DNA of 64,000 bases from Octopus sinensis (Eukaryota): assembly GCF_006345805.1 (NCBI RefSeq), contig NC_043011.1, positions 3,658,001-3,722,000 of the forward strand. The letters run 5' to 3'. The position numbers and the translations under genes were made by a program. Below, piece by piece: positions 40,081 to 53,227 of this stretch. Position 1 is the stretch's first letter; each line of letters starts with the position of its first letter. The notes beneath the pieces were generated by a model, which searched no databases, had not been told where the DNA came from, and worked only from the letters and a program-made list of their open reading frames with translations.

Positions 40081-40610
40081 AATGAAGAGAGTATCTAGCA
40101 GCTTCGAAATTTTGATGACATGATTGTTTCTTTTTACAATGACATTGAAAGGTAGATATGAGAATCTGGATCTAACAAGCCTGAAATTGAAATGGGTAGA
40201 ATATTTGGGCTGGGTATGGCTGGTTTAAATGCTAAAGGATTTAAAATGTCAATTCGTGAATATCCTTTCTTTTCACATATATTCTAGTCTATAATGTGAG
40301 TATACTGTTTTACTGTCCTTCAAAGTTAAAGAGAAAAAGTATTTGTTACAAGTTGAAAGTTAACCCAGTATGATGCACACTAACTCAGGCCTTTATGGGA
40401 AGCTTCAATATGTAATTCTGTATACTTTAATAGTATACCTTGATGAAATATGGTGGGTTGCCTGTCGTATTAATTTTACAAAACTAACTATAAACAAAGA
40501 AACTGAATTTTCATCAATATATATACAAACTTACACACACACACACATGCATTCATGTATGTGTGTCTGTGTATGAACATATACATATATGTGTATATAT
40601 TTATATGCAC

Positions 40611-40812
40611 GTGACCGCGTGTGTACCGTTGGCGATTTTTTTTCCTCTGTCTTCCCTTCTCTGGATCTTTCCTTCTCCTATGTTTCCGACGAAGAGCTTC
40701 GCTCGAAACATTAAACCCTCCTTCTTTCCTTCTTTCCTGAGCGTCCAATAATACTATATTTGTTCCACGTCCTCATGTTGTTGTGTTTTTTTGTGCTTTC
40801 TTGTTTGGATTA

Positions 40813-40817
<5 letters not shown>
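40611..40817 (+). mobile_element. Hammerhead-bearing non-coding element family A, copy 1 (ribozyme mutated)
   Basis: Closely similar to 44601-44808; core tgttt-ccgacga-a-gagcttcgctc-gaaacatt; ends ggattaacttt followed by (TA)n. Confidence 0.8.
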
Positions 40818-41010
<193 letters not shown>

Positions 41011-41764
41011 TATCTTAAAAATGCAATCTTGTATTCATAAAACTCAATATCCATAACATTACATTATTGCATTTATTTGAAAAATTCTTATACAAATCAG
41101 CCAGATTTTTTAAATAAAAAAAAATGAAAATAAAAGGAAATTTCAGAATCTCCATGTACAGCTTATGGATATCATATTTTATTACATAAATACAGCATAC
41201 CACCAAAATATCCAACAGTCACAAAATAATTATCTGTATGCTCACAACTCCAATTATCTATCTGTCTATCACTTTCTCTGTCTATTTCTTTCTCTCATTA
41301 CACACACACAAACAAACACACAAGCCAGCATATACATACATGTATTTATATAACCAAATATATGACAGCCAGTATGTCTATATTTCTCTATCTTCATCTA
41401 CCTATCCAAATATAAATCAGAATATACCTTAAACTTACTAGCATATTAAGATAACAATTCAGTGAGAATTATTTTGCTATACATTGAATAGTAATCTACT
41501 ATGTCAATTTGTGTTAAAAAAACAGTTCTCTTATTTCTAATAAATGAAAGCCATCTAATTACAGATTTGCAATTTTCCCATTGAACCAGTCAAGAACATT
41601 TTTGTCTATTGTTATTTATCATTTTTAATATATGTCGCTTCCCCTAGTGGCCAGTTCATATGAGAGAGATAATCTTTTTTTCATAGTATTTGAAATTGAA
41701 ATTAAGGGATGAAGGAAAAAAGATCTATGGAACACACATTCAGTTACATGTGTAGCCATATCCT

Positions 41765-41991
41765 TACTCTCTTTTACTCTTTTACTTGTTTCAGTCATTT
41801 GATTGCGGCCATGCTGGAGCACCGCCTTTTAGTCGAGCAAATCGACCCCGGGACTTATTCTTTTGTAAGCCCAGTACTTATACTATCGGTCTCTTTTGCC
41901 GAACCGCTAAGTGACGGGGACGTAAACACACCAGCGTCGGTTGTCAAGCAATGCTAGGGGGACAAACACAGACACACACACATACACACAT

Positions 41992-42024
<33 letters not shown>

Positions 42025-42189
42025 CGACGGGCTTCTTTCAGTTTCCGTCTACCAAATCCACTCTCAAGGCTTTAGTCGGCCCAAGGCTATAGTAGAAGAC
42101 ACTTGCCCAAGGTGCCATGCAGTGAGACTGAACCCGGAACCATGTGGTTGGTAAACAAGCTACTTACCACACAGCCACTCCTGCGCCTA
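41765..42189 (-). mobile_element. SINE S1 (young, full length)
   Basis: Reverse complement of the S1 consensus. Confidence 0.92.
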
Positions 42190-42483
42190 TTAAGCTGTTG
42201 TGTTTAAAAATAATAGAATTCCACTGGGGGAAGAATTTAAGTACCTGGGTGTAATAATTTTGAATGAGAGAGAAATCAGCACAATGATCGATGGTCTGAT
42301 CATTTTAATGATATTCAGTTTCATTTCAATATGACATTGAGTCAGCTCATCAGGTAATGATTATGCCATCTTTATTCTGTGGATGGTGTAATAACTATTA
42401 AAAAAAACTATAAATGTCAAATAGCACTTTAATAAGGCTTCGTTCGTGCATCCCTTTATGTTTCTATATAAAAAAAAGAATGA

Positions 42484-42602
42484 GCACACACACATACACA
42501 CACACACACACACACATACACATACACACACACACACACATACACACACATACACACACACACACACATACACACACACACACACATACACACACACACA
42601 CA

Positions 42603-42634
<32 letters not shown>

Positions 42635-42695
42635 TACACACACACATACACACACACATACACACACACACACACATACACACATACACACACAT
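42484..42695. repeat. (CA)n/(CATA) microsatellite
   Basis: Direct inspection. Confidence 0.96.
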
Positions 42696-42848
42696 ATATA
42701 GGCTTTGCATTCTGGCCACAGTCAATTCCACCAAGGTTGACTTTGCTTTTCATCCTTTCAGGGTTGATAAACTAAATACTGGTTGAGTACTGGAGTCAAT
42801 GCAATCAACTTCCCCAGCATTTCAAGCTTTGTGCTTACAGTAGAAACC

Positions 42849-42879
<31 letters not shown>

Positions 42880-43230
42880 CCTTAAACAACTGAAAGCAAA
42901 TTTATAAATTCTTTTCTCATTTCTCATGTATTCTAATGAATGGTACATCTTTAATTTATGCAAGCATCCAAAGCTACCTGATAAAAAATAATCATTGAAA
43001 ATTTGTTAAACCAAGGAAGCAACTCTGCATAATTCCCTTACTAACACCTCCAAGATAAGTTTCTATTTAAACATTGATTTTGTCGAAATAAGATGCCTAT
43101 TTTAGATTGGAACCTTGATCAGAAGCTAAAGTAATTACAATGATACCTTCCCAGTGAGGAATCACACAGAAAGAACCTTGTTCTATGAGTTTTGAAAGTA
43201 TACTCACTACATATATTCATAACATACATA

Positions 43231-43544
43231 TCACCGTGATCACCGTGACCGACCAGGGTATTAGATGTTGCTACACATCGCTGGTCACAATGCGCTTGGC
43301 ATTGCTTTAGCCTTCAAATGACGCCACCCCGCTGGCTAAGTGAGCAGGCCGACATAAGAAAGAGTGAGAGAAAGTTGTGGCGAAAGAGTACAGCAGGGAT
43401 CACACCCCCTCCCCCTGCCGCAGCCTCGTGGAGCTTTAGGTGTTTTCGCTCAATAAACACTCACAACACCCAGTCTGGGAATTGAAACTGCGATCCTACA
43501 ACCGCGAGTCCGCTGCCCTAACCACTGGGCCCTTGCGCTTCCAC
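43231..43544 (-). mobile_element. SINE S3, tail type b
   Basis: Same tRNA-like head as 2601-2905 but tail ...cttagccagcggggtggcgtc...tcacggtgatcacggtga; cataacatacata duplicated at 43218-43230 and 43545-43557. Confidence 0.88.
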
Positions 43545-43611
43545 CATAACATACATATACCTATATATATAGTGTGTGTGTATCTACTTTTGTACATGTT
43601 TATGGGGACAT

Positions 43612-44114
43612 GTTCAGGTATGGCTGTATGGTAAGAAGCTTGCTTCCCAACAACATGGTTCTGGGTTCAATTCACTGCATGACACTGTAAGTGTCTTTTA
43701 TTATAAGCCTCAGCCTGAACAGAGCCTTGTGAGTGGATTTGATAGATAGATACCAAAAGAAGCCCCTCGTGTGTGTATGCGTAGGTGTGCATGTGTGTGT
43801 GTGTGTGTGTGTGTGTGCACCTGCGCATGTCTGTATTTGTTCCCCTCTCACTACTTGACAACCAGTCTTGGTGTGTTTACATCCCTCTGTTTTAGCTGTT
43901 TTAGCTAAAAAAAGAGACCAATAGAATTAGTAACTGGTTTAAAAATAAGTACTGGGGTCATCTATTTGGCTAAAAACTTCAAGTTGGTGGCACATTATGG
44001 CTGCAGTCCCACTACATGACACCTTGGGCAAGTTTCTTCTACTATAGCCTCAGGCCGACCAAAGCCTTGTGAGTGGATTTGGTAGATGGAAACTGAAGAA
44101 GCCCGTTGTATATA

Positions 44115-44150
<36 letters not shown>

Positions 44151-44350
44151 TGTATGTATGTGTCTGTGTTTGTCCCCTCAACATCGCTTGAGAACTAATG
44201 CTGGTGTGTTTATGTCCCTGTGATTTAGCGGTTCAGCAAGAGAGACTGATAGAATAAGTACTAGGCATACAGAGAATAAGTCCTGGGGTTGATTTGCTTG
44301 ACTAAAGGTGGTGCTCCAGCATGGCCGCAGTCAAATGACTGAAACACATA
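43612..44350 (+). mobile_element. Two adjacent older S1 copies
   Basis: S1 modules at about 43612-44000 and 44010-44350. Confidence 0.75.
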
Positions 44351-44600
44351 TAAGAATAAGAAAGCATAAAAGAATGTATATGTATGTGTGTGTGTATGTA
44401 TATATATATATATGCACATATATACATACAAGTTTATTCAAAAAGAAGAAACCAATTTCATTACACAATATTTTAATATGGAAAAGCAATAGGAAACTCC
44501 TGTATATACATGCATGAATTTTCTGCTGCTTTAAATAAAGTATATATATATATATATAGGTAAGAAAGTTGGTATGTATGTATATGTATGTATGTATAAT

Positions 44601-44808
44601 GTGACCTTGTCTGTACCATTGGTGATTTTTTTTCCTTCGTCTTCCCTTCTCTGGATCTTTCCTTTTCCTATGTTTCTGATGAAGAGCTCCGCTCGAAACG
44701 TAAAACACTCCTTCTTCCCTTCCTTCCTGAGCGTCCAATAATACTATATTTGTTCCACGTCCTCGCGTTGTTGTTTTCTCTTTGTGTTTTCATGCTTGGA
44801 TTAACTTT
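44601..44808 (+). mobile_element. Hammerhead-bearing non-coding element family A, copy 2
   Basis: About 207-bp element between microsatellites, matching 40611-40817; intact hammerhead core at 44671-44707. Confidence 0.82.
44671..44707 (+). ncRNA. Putative minimal type I hammerhead ribozyme (canonical C3:G8)
   Basis: UGUUU-CUGAUGA-A-GAGC(UCC)GCUC-GAA-ACGU-A-AAACA: 5-bp stem I, 4-bp stem II, palindromic ACGU stem III, GUA cleavage triplet. Confidence 0.75.
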
Positions 44809-44833
44809 ATATATATATATATATAAATATATA

Positions 44834-44873
<40 letters not shown>

Positions 44874-45349
44874 TCCAAGTTGAGGGAGTGGAACAGGTAA
44901 AATCCAGCCTATATATATGTTTCCAAACTAACAGATCCTGTGATGTAATAATTACTCAATGAGGGGTACTCAGTTAATTACTTACCAGGTGCAAGATACC
45001 TTAATTATATGAAGAAGGTTATACATTGTCGTTAAGGAATCGCAAGTTAATTCACCGAAAATGAAGCGATTTGAAATGAGTGGTGAAACCAGAAGAACAA
45101 TAAAAACAAAATAAAAACTGAGCGAAAAATGTTTGAAGAAATAAAATGGTTGGTCAGTGAGAAAAGAGAAGGAAAAGGTCAAATATCTGGGAGTGGAGAA
45201 TTGTATAAAGTGGTTATGAATAAAGAAAAGGAAAGGGGGAAGAAAGAAGTGGGTTTAGAGTAGAGAGAAGATGACTTTAAGAGGAAAGGTCATTCTGAAT
45301 ATTAAGCTGAGGCCAAGTTACTATGACAACAGTAAACAAATGCTCAGGT

Positions 45350-45560
45350 AGCACGCCGGGCAAAATGCAGCGCCGTATTTCGTCTGCCGTTACGTTCTGA
45401 GTTCAAATTCCGCCAAGGTCGACTTTGCCTTTCATCCTTTTGGGGTTGATTAAATAAGTACCAGATATGCACTGGGGTCAAGATAATCGACTTAATCCAT
45501 TTGTCTGTCCTTGTTTGTCCCCTCTGTGTTTAGCCCCTTGTGGGTAGTAAAGAAATAGGT
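45350..45560 (+). mobile_element. SINE S2 (monomer)
   Basis: gcacgccgggcaaaatgcagcgccgtatttcgtctgccgttacgttctgag...gggtagtaaagaaataggta. Confidence 0.85.
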
Positions 45561-45908
45561 ACACTTATGCATACACATTTATAAAGAATAATAAGATAAA
45601 TGTTAGAAGAAATGGAATGGTCAAGATTAAGAAGAAAAGGAAAGGAAGAGGTCAAATATTTAGGAGAAGAAATTTGTAGCCTTTAAGGGAAAAACCTACC
45701 TGGCACAGGTAACGTTGGTCACTTACTACTTCACAGTAAATATACACGTTCATGCATCCATGCATACACTCACTGCATGCCTATAGTATCAACACAAGTG
45801 TGCATGCATATGGAGGATGTGTGCATGTGTTCATGTGTACATGCACATTGATCCCTGTATGCAAAGATGAAGCTATAAAGAGATCACAAAGTTAAGAAAG
45901 TATACATA

Positions 45909-46102
45909 TAGGCGCAGGAGTGGCTGTGTGGTAAGTAGCTTGCTAACCAACCACATGGTTCCAGGTTCAGTCCCACTGCGTGGCATTTTGGGCAAGTGTC
46001 TTCTGCTATAGCCCCGGGCCGACCAATGCCTTGTGAGTGGATTTGGTAGACGGAAACTGAAAGAAGCCCGTCGTATATATGTATACATATATATATATAT
46101 AT

Positions 46103-46147
<45 letters not shown>

Positions 46148-46361
46148 ATTTGTGTGTCTGTGTTTGTCCACCTAGCATTGCTTGACAACCGATGCTGGTG
46201 TGTTTATGTCCCCGTCACTTAGCGGTTCGGCAAAAAGAGACCGATAGAATAAGTACTGGGCTTACAAAAAGAATAAGTCCCGGGGTCGAGTTGCTCGACT
46301 AAAGGCGGTGCTCCAGCATGGCCGCAGTCAAATGACTGAAACAAGTAAAAGAGTAAAAGAG
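45909..46361 (+). mobile_element. SINE S1 (young, full length)
   Basis: S1 head, body and tail. Confidence 0.92.
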
Positions 46362-46599
46362 TGTAGAAGAAATACAAGTGGAAGGGATGTAAGAGGATTA
46401 GCCAGGGAATTATCAGGGAAAGCACTATCAGTTGTAGCTTAAGTATGTATTGTATGCAATTAATAATAAGGTCACTTCGTTTATTAAGTCATCTGCTGCA
46501 CTGCATAATAGATAAAGCTTCACATTCGTTGTTATGGCCATTTTACCATTTGACATGGGTAACAACGGATCATTTTAAACTGTATACAACTAAGTTATG

Positions 46600-48480
46600 T
46601 TTTAGGTTATGAATGAGCCTAGACAGAGAAATACTGTTAATTTTCTCTTGAGAATTAAAGCTAGAGTAGTAGTTACTAATTCTGCATGAGCCAATATATA
46701 CATGCTTGGATATCTTCTGTAGAGACCATACATTTATATATGGTATTCTTATTGAAGCATTTATTTCCTAAAGGACATGAGGTGTAATATGTACAGCTGC
46801 ATGCATTTCTATAAGGTGCTAAAGTGGAATTTGTGGGGCTATGACTACGTGAGGTTAACCTGGTGTCACATGTAATATCAGCCTCGGTGTTAGGATTGGT
46901 ATTGTTTGTGGTGGTGCAGGAGCCATCTGGGAGCTGTAGCTTAGAGTAGTTCTCATGTCTGGTGATATCATTCCTGTTATTCCCTACTTTGGTAGTCAGT
47001 ATAGCCAGATTGCTAGGTTGGTTAAGGGTATTAGGTGGAGTATTAGGATTAGAGGCGGGGAGAGGATCAATATTGGTAAGAAGGTTTAAGAATGTCCTAG
47101 GGCTATGAGCAGGGGACTGGGGTTGGAGTATGTTGAGTTAACACGGTTAAAGTTAACTAATTTCTGGATATGTAGCTTTTTATTGTTAAGTCACTGAATT
47201 ATACTTGCGTTGTTAGTTGTGGTGGAGTAAGAAAATTAAATAGATTGGGAGTTGAAGATTTTTCTAATGGTACTGGACCTAGGAAAATGCTTTTCAAACA
47301 GGGCAAAGAAAAGCTTAGGTAGTCTGGTCTCAATATTAAGGGAGAGAGGTGGGGATGAAACCAGATAAACTCATGTGTCCTGGTTTATTCCATTCTAGGG
47401 GGCTGCTTGTGTATGGTTTGTGATAGGGAGGTGCACACTGGCATGGATGTTGTTAGGCAGCAGTGGATTTGGGATCCAGAATCCCTGGGTAGAGGAGTGC
47501 CTATTGGTTTTGCTACTAAGGTTAAATTTGAAGATTACAGGTAAGTTCACCACCATCAATTCACTGTGAAGAAAGCTCACTATGAGGAAAGTTTACTGAG
47601 AAAATATATTCACAGTATCTCATCATTATTTGTTAAAAATTATTTTATTGAAGAAAAGAAATGGTGAACTGATGATGGTGAACTTACTGGACATGAAATT
47701 TGGGGGATTACGGGTTTTATCTAAGGGAGTAAAGGTCTAGGAAATTTGTGGTTTTAAGATTGTAACAGAAAGTTATGTTAAGTCACACGTTTTTAAGCAA
47801 GTATCTAATTCTTTTACAAAGTTGTTGGACTTCCCAGTTATGAAAGTTTGGAACCGTAAAAACAGCATCATCCCTATACAGAACACTGGAAATATTCGGA
47901 AGTAACCCCCTACAAGTTTGGTTACTTGAGCCAAGTTACTTGCCTCCATTGGAATGTCAAAGTAGTTGGGGGTGTGCTTGCAGGCCCAAAGTTTTCTGTC
48001 AATTTTATAACAGTCCGATAGGCTGCCAGTATAATATTTATATCACCTGTAGTTAGGTTAGAATATTAGTGCAAAGATGAGGGCTTTATGAAGTAGGATA
48101 GGGGCTACACCAGAATAGTATTGGTCCTATATCAACTTGAATGAGTTTATATTTATTTTTGGGAGTTAAGGACTTAAACCATTGGATGGCTTCAATGTTG
48201 TTAGACCAGAGTTTTAATATTATCTTGGAATGAATATGGAGTAGAATTCTATCTAAGATAACTTTGCTAATTTTACCTATATTGGAGCTGGAGGGGTAGA
48301 TAAGGGTTCACAACAAAATTTTCTTTATGGTCCTTTAAGTTCAGATGGGATGGTCAAGGCTTGAAAGGTTCAGTTCTATCTTCTGAGCTGAGTTTAAAAA
48401 CTAAATCTCGAGTCTTTAGGTGAATATACCTCAGGGCAGAGTCTGGTACAATTTGATTATCCTTTATGTGGTTTTTTAAG
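46600..48480 (-). mobile_element. Near-complete but decayed Penelope-like (Naiad-type) retroelement, RT plus GIY-YIG
   Basis: Minus-strand motifs LKDHKENF..NP, SNIGKISKVILDRI, LYRDDAVF, FIWFHP..LNIET...FEKHFPRSSTIRKIFN, CSCTYYTSCPLGNKCFNKNTIYKCMV...YIG; frameshifts and stops throughout. Confidence 0.82.
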
Positions 48481-48489
48481 AATCAGATA

Positions 48490-48835
48490 TAGGCATGGTT
48501 GTGTGGTAAGTACTTTGCTTCCAAATCACATGGTTCCAGGTTCAGTCCCACTGCATAGCATCTTGGGCAAGTATCTTCTACTATAGCCTCAGGTCTATCA
48601 AAGCCTTGTGACTGGATTTAGTAAATGAAAACTGAAAGAAGTCCATCATATAGGAATGTGTGTGTGTGTGGTGGGGGGTTGTGTTTGTCCCTCACCACTG
48701 CTTGACAACTGGTGTTGGTGTGTTTAGCAGCTCAGCTAAAGAGGCTGATAGAATAAATACCAGGTTTTTAAAAATTAGTTCTTCAGGGCAGTGTTCCAGC
48801 ATGGCCACTGTCTAATGACTGAAACAAGTGAAAAA
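48490..48835 (+). mobile_element. Older S1 copy
   Basis: taggcatggttgtgtggtaag head; cagcatggccactgtctaatgactgaaacaag tail. Confidence 0.78.
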
Positions 48836-49668
48836 TATGCATAAGAATAATCATACATTTAAACACTTGGCAAAAGTGTTTGTCCAAAATGAGTAAATGA
48901 ATATGCATGAGATTTTGTGGCCTGTCAGCATTTTCTCTGAGATTTTTAGTGGTATGCTGTATTTATGCATGAATATGTAATGGTCAGCAGTCCCATAGCA
49001 ACATTCTTTTCTTTCTTTTCCATTTCTTATAAATATAATTTTACTATTTTGACTAACAATTTTCCAAAAATATTCTGTAATGTGATGTTATGTATCTAAA
49101 TTTTAATGATGCACAGTTATATATTTATATAACAATACATCTGTAATTGAATATAACACTGATGCTTGGTAAAGTGTAACTTTCTATGCTCATAATTGGT
49201 CTTGCATTAAAAATTAAAGGATAGATAACCACATTTCATCAAAATTAACATATAAAACTGAAAGGCATGTTGAAGATATTAATAGTGGGCTGACATAGGG
49301 TGGCTTCCCTTAGTATGATTTATAATGATTAAGGACTATTTGTTTTTTTTTTGTTTACTCTGAAGGCTTGCATAAACTAGTGATGTATCACATCTTAGAA
49401 TACAATAGTAAAGATAACTGAAATCTTTTAGCTGCTCACATTTAAAGAATAAACGTTTGTATCTGGAAGCATAAACATAGACACACGGAGGATTATTCAA
49501 GAATTACATGAAACAAACTTTCATCTTCTTTCTTATCTCAACGTTCACAGAAGGAAGTTGCATTAATATCATTACACGGTGAGCTGATGGATGGTGAAAC
49601 TGACAGTAATAATGGGATCAACAGTTAATCCAGATTTTGCATATATATATATATATATATATGTATAA

Positions 49669-49723
<55 letters not shown>

Positions 49724-50659
49724 ATATATACACACACATGCATACACATATGCATACAACATATAATTGATTATTGATTAGTCTGTCATAAATTTTTGTT
49801 GGATTCCTGTGGCTTCTGCAGTGATTAAAATCAGATCCTAATCATCCCTTATGTTTTCAAGCATGTTTTATATGCTTTTATGTAACTGCTTAAATGTCAC
49901 TGGGACTGTTTATTTTTTTATATTTTCATTTAGTTGTTTCTTTTAATATTAATGCAATCAGAATTGTGTGTGTGTGTGCATATGTGTGTGTGCATATGTG
50001 TGTGTGTGCATATGTGTGTGTGTGTGTGCATTTATGGGATTTGTATTTCAGGTTTGTGTATGGCTGGTGGTTTTAATTGACATTAACCTTACTTGTCCAC
50101 ATTCTTACTGTTCTTTGTACACTTACTCTACTTATTTTTTCTAGTGAATGCATGTGTGTGTGTGCATGTATACACATGCATGCCTTCAATATTACCTTCC
50201 ATTATGTGTACTGCTTCTGTAAACTGGCAAATGTTGGATCTTTCAAATGTCTGGAAGAAATTTTGTTTATTTCAGTATTGCTTATTGATTCATGGTATTT
50301 CTGTATTGCATGTTGATTGAGTTTGGATGTCATCATGTTCCTGCCAGTGTTTGCAAATCTTTTCATTTATATCATAGGCCAACATCTTCTATATAACTTG
50401 CATTGGTGTTTTATACTGCTCTTTATTATACTTCGTGTGTTACAGCACCTCCTTAGTTTTTCAGCTTATCTTTGGATTGGTTGTGCACACTCTACTGTTG
50501 TTGTCAGTGTAGAGGGTTTCTTCACTGAGTATGACTTGCATAATGGTAATTTAGTGGATTTTGTATCCTAGATAGTTCCTATCTATAGAACAAGAAGCTG
50601 AATTTATGAAACTGCAACTGATTGTACCTGGTGTGTAATTTTGGCATATGTGTAAATAT

Positions 50660-50820
50660 CTTCAAACAAAATAGATGCAGAGGGTCTGGCATGGGGTTGC
50701 AAGTGATGGAGAGTACTGGTGGACCTGGTCAGCTCTACGCATGATGATGTCTCTGAGATCACTAACCTGCGATGACCCCAGCCTCATCAAACAGGAGCAT
50801 AAAGCAAGCAAGAAGCATGT
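50660..50820 (+). mobile_element. Degenerate LINE RT fragment (YADD region)
   Basis: cagctctacgca(t)gatgatgtctctgagatcact reads LYA-DDVSEIT with a 1-nt frameshift. Confidence 0.4.
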
Positions 50821-50955
50821 GTATATTTATGTATATTCAAGACTATTGAGTCTACATATAAGTGAATAGCTATTGTGTACATGCAGATATGGCAGCTAAG
50901 TGCATGGGACTCTATATATACATTTGCATTAGGGTATTTAGGGGCTAAAATATAC

Positions 50956-51345
50956 AGCGCACAAGTGGCTGTGTGGTAAGTAGCTCGCTAACCAACCACA
51001 TGGTTCCGGGTTCAGTCCTACTGCGTGGCATCTTGGGCAAGTGTTTTCTGCTATAGCCCCGGGCCGACCAATGCCTTGTGAGTGGATTTGGTAGACGGAA
51101 ACTGAAAGAAGCCTGTCGTATATATGTATATATATATGTGTGTCTCTGTTTGTGTGTCTGTATTTGTCCCCTAGCATTGCTTGACAACCGATGCTGGTAT
51201 GTTTACGTCCCCTTCACTTAGCGGTTCGGCAAAAGAGACCGTTAGAATAAGTACTGGGCTTACAAAGAATAAGTCCCGGGGTCGATTTGTTCAACTAAAG
51301 GTGGTGCTCCAGCATGGCCACAGTCAAATGACTGAAACAAGTAAA
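50956..51345 (+). mobile_element. SINE S1 (young)
   Basis: S1 head, body and tail. Confidence 0.9.
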
Positions 51346-52819
51346 AAAAAAATTTTTAAATGTCGTTTCACATTTTCTTTTTAAATCTATACATGCAGAG
51401 ATACATGTAATATACAATTTGTATATGAGTGTGTGGAGGGGGACAGAGATTACTCCCAAAAATATTCCTCAATAGCCATATAAATGCATATATAAATACA
51501 TAATTATACACACCCACATATATATGTATGCTCATGAGTATATATGTATATACTTATGTAAACAGAATATATATATATTTACACATATATGTGTATTTAT
51601 GCATGAGTGTGTGTGTATGTGTGTATGTGAGTGAGTGTGTGTGTGTATATTTATATGTATGTATACATCCTTTTTCATGATATGTGTGTTTATAATTTTT
51701 TTATTTTTTAAGTACACAAACTGTCTAACCCCGATGAATAATAATTCATATTTTCTAATTCAATTTTACATTCCTATAAATTATATTAAATTTCATTTCT
51801 GCGAAATCAACTGCAATAAGCTCATAGTACCGACTGTATTCATGAAAGAGAATCTACAGATATTACCGATATTCCTGACTACAATATTTACACTCTGGAA
51901 AAGCAGACCCTCAACAAATCTTCAAACTTCATTGTCAGTCGTTTGTAAAAATATATTTTATAAACTACATATAACTATTGAGAATGTCTTTATATATAGC
52001 AATAATAAATCTCTGAACGAGATATATATAGTTATATATAGTTATATATAGTTATACATAAAACATACAATGATACATGTATACAATATGTATGTATAAT
52101 ATCCCTTTGTGTATGTGTGTGTGTATGTGTTTGTGTGTGTGTGTGTGTACATGTATACATGCTCACATACATATATATATATGTATATATATATGGGTAC
52201 ATACACAAGAAGAAACACACACACACATATATGTATGTATGTATGTATGAATGAGCATAGATATATATATACACATATATGTGTATATATCTATGCTCAC
52301 TCATATATACATATACACATACACACATGCACACACAAACACACACGCACACCCACACATGCATATATATATATATATATATGAGAAAAATTAGATGAAA
52401 GAGGAGTAGACGAAAACTAAATGGACAGGAAATTAGACAAATATACGATATACGGAATATTTGCGGCTGAATTTTTCTCTTCAGTCAAAGACGCAAAATA
52501 CATTAGCGGTTTCACACCAATTACCTTTGATACTGCTCGATTTTGCAGATGCCAGTGCTTTTATTAATCTACTGGGGAAGATAGTAAATGTGTGCTAAAA
52601 CAGAAACAAACAAGACATATAATACAACAGACAACAAACAATGCACGTATAACAGCACAAAGCCTTATGGCTATAAACAAATGAAGGAAAAGTAATAATT
52701 ATACATATACCATAAATACAACAGAATGAACTTTGTAGCTGTCGAACGAACTGTGTAGGGTTGTGCAAAGAGGAAACAGATTAAGTCCCAGAGGACAGAA
52801 CGGATGTAGCAGGAGGCAT

Positions 52820-53186
52820 GACCAGACTGGTCTTCTTGGCTGTAGTTTCCAGCTCGGAATTTCTGGAACCACTATTGACACTGGCTTACGCTTATTGTCC
52901 GATCTCCATATACTGCTTTAATATTCCTCACACTTTCTATTATGCTGTTACCTTTATTGAACTCATAAAGCAAAACTTGCTGAACATGCTCCTTTGTCAC
53001 TTCCATTATAGCTTTGAAAAAGTAACTGTTAAAATCGAACTGCACTCTTCAAAACTTGCACTTAGAAAAAGGACAAGGTAAAATTACTACCTGCTTTTAT
53101 AGCAAGTTGATGCAGGTAGTTTATCCTGTCCCCTTCTGACTTTTAGTTCATGCAATTAAAACAACCACATTATTTATGAGATGACT

Positions 53187-53189
<3 letters not shown>
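52820..53189 (-). mobile_element. Truncated copy of mariner C family (left end and HTH start)
   Basis: Matches 16660-17027, including TIR aaccacattatttatgagatgactcaa followed by (TA)n. Confidence 0.88.

Positions 53190-53225
<36 letters not shown>

Positions 53226-53227
<2 letters not shown>

Noticed and set aside
42335-42360. Other CTGATGA matches (e.g. minus strand 42337-42343, plus strand 3962, 33845, 37892, 38873)
   Set aside because: No stem II followed by GAAA at the required spacing
44986-45100. Possible minus-strand first exon MYNLLHIIKVSCT ending at a strong CTG/GTAAGT donor, in CpG-retaining unique sequence
   Set aside because: No recognisable protein similarity or linked downstream exon; a few such donor matches are expected by chance in 64 kb. 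RNA-seq junctions would be needed.
50675-50869. 64-aa ORF MQRVWHGVASDGEYWW...
   Set aside because: It overlaps a frameshifted YADD RT remnant in another frame and is more simply explained as LINE debris
52470-52600. Candidate small exons on either strand (SKTQNTLAVSHQLPLILLDF on plus; LIKALASAKSSSIK on minus)
   Set aside because: Short, mutually exclusive, with no homology I can recognise
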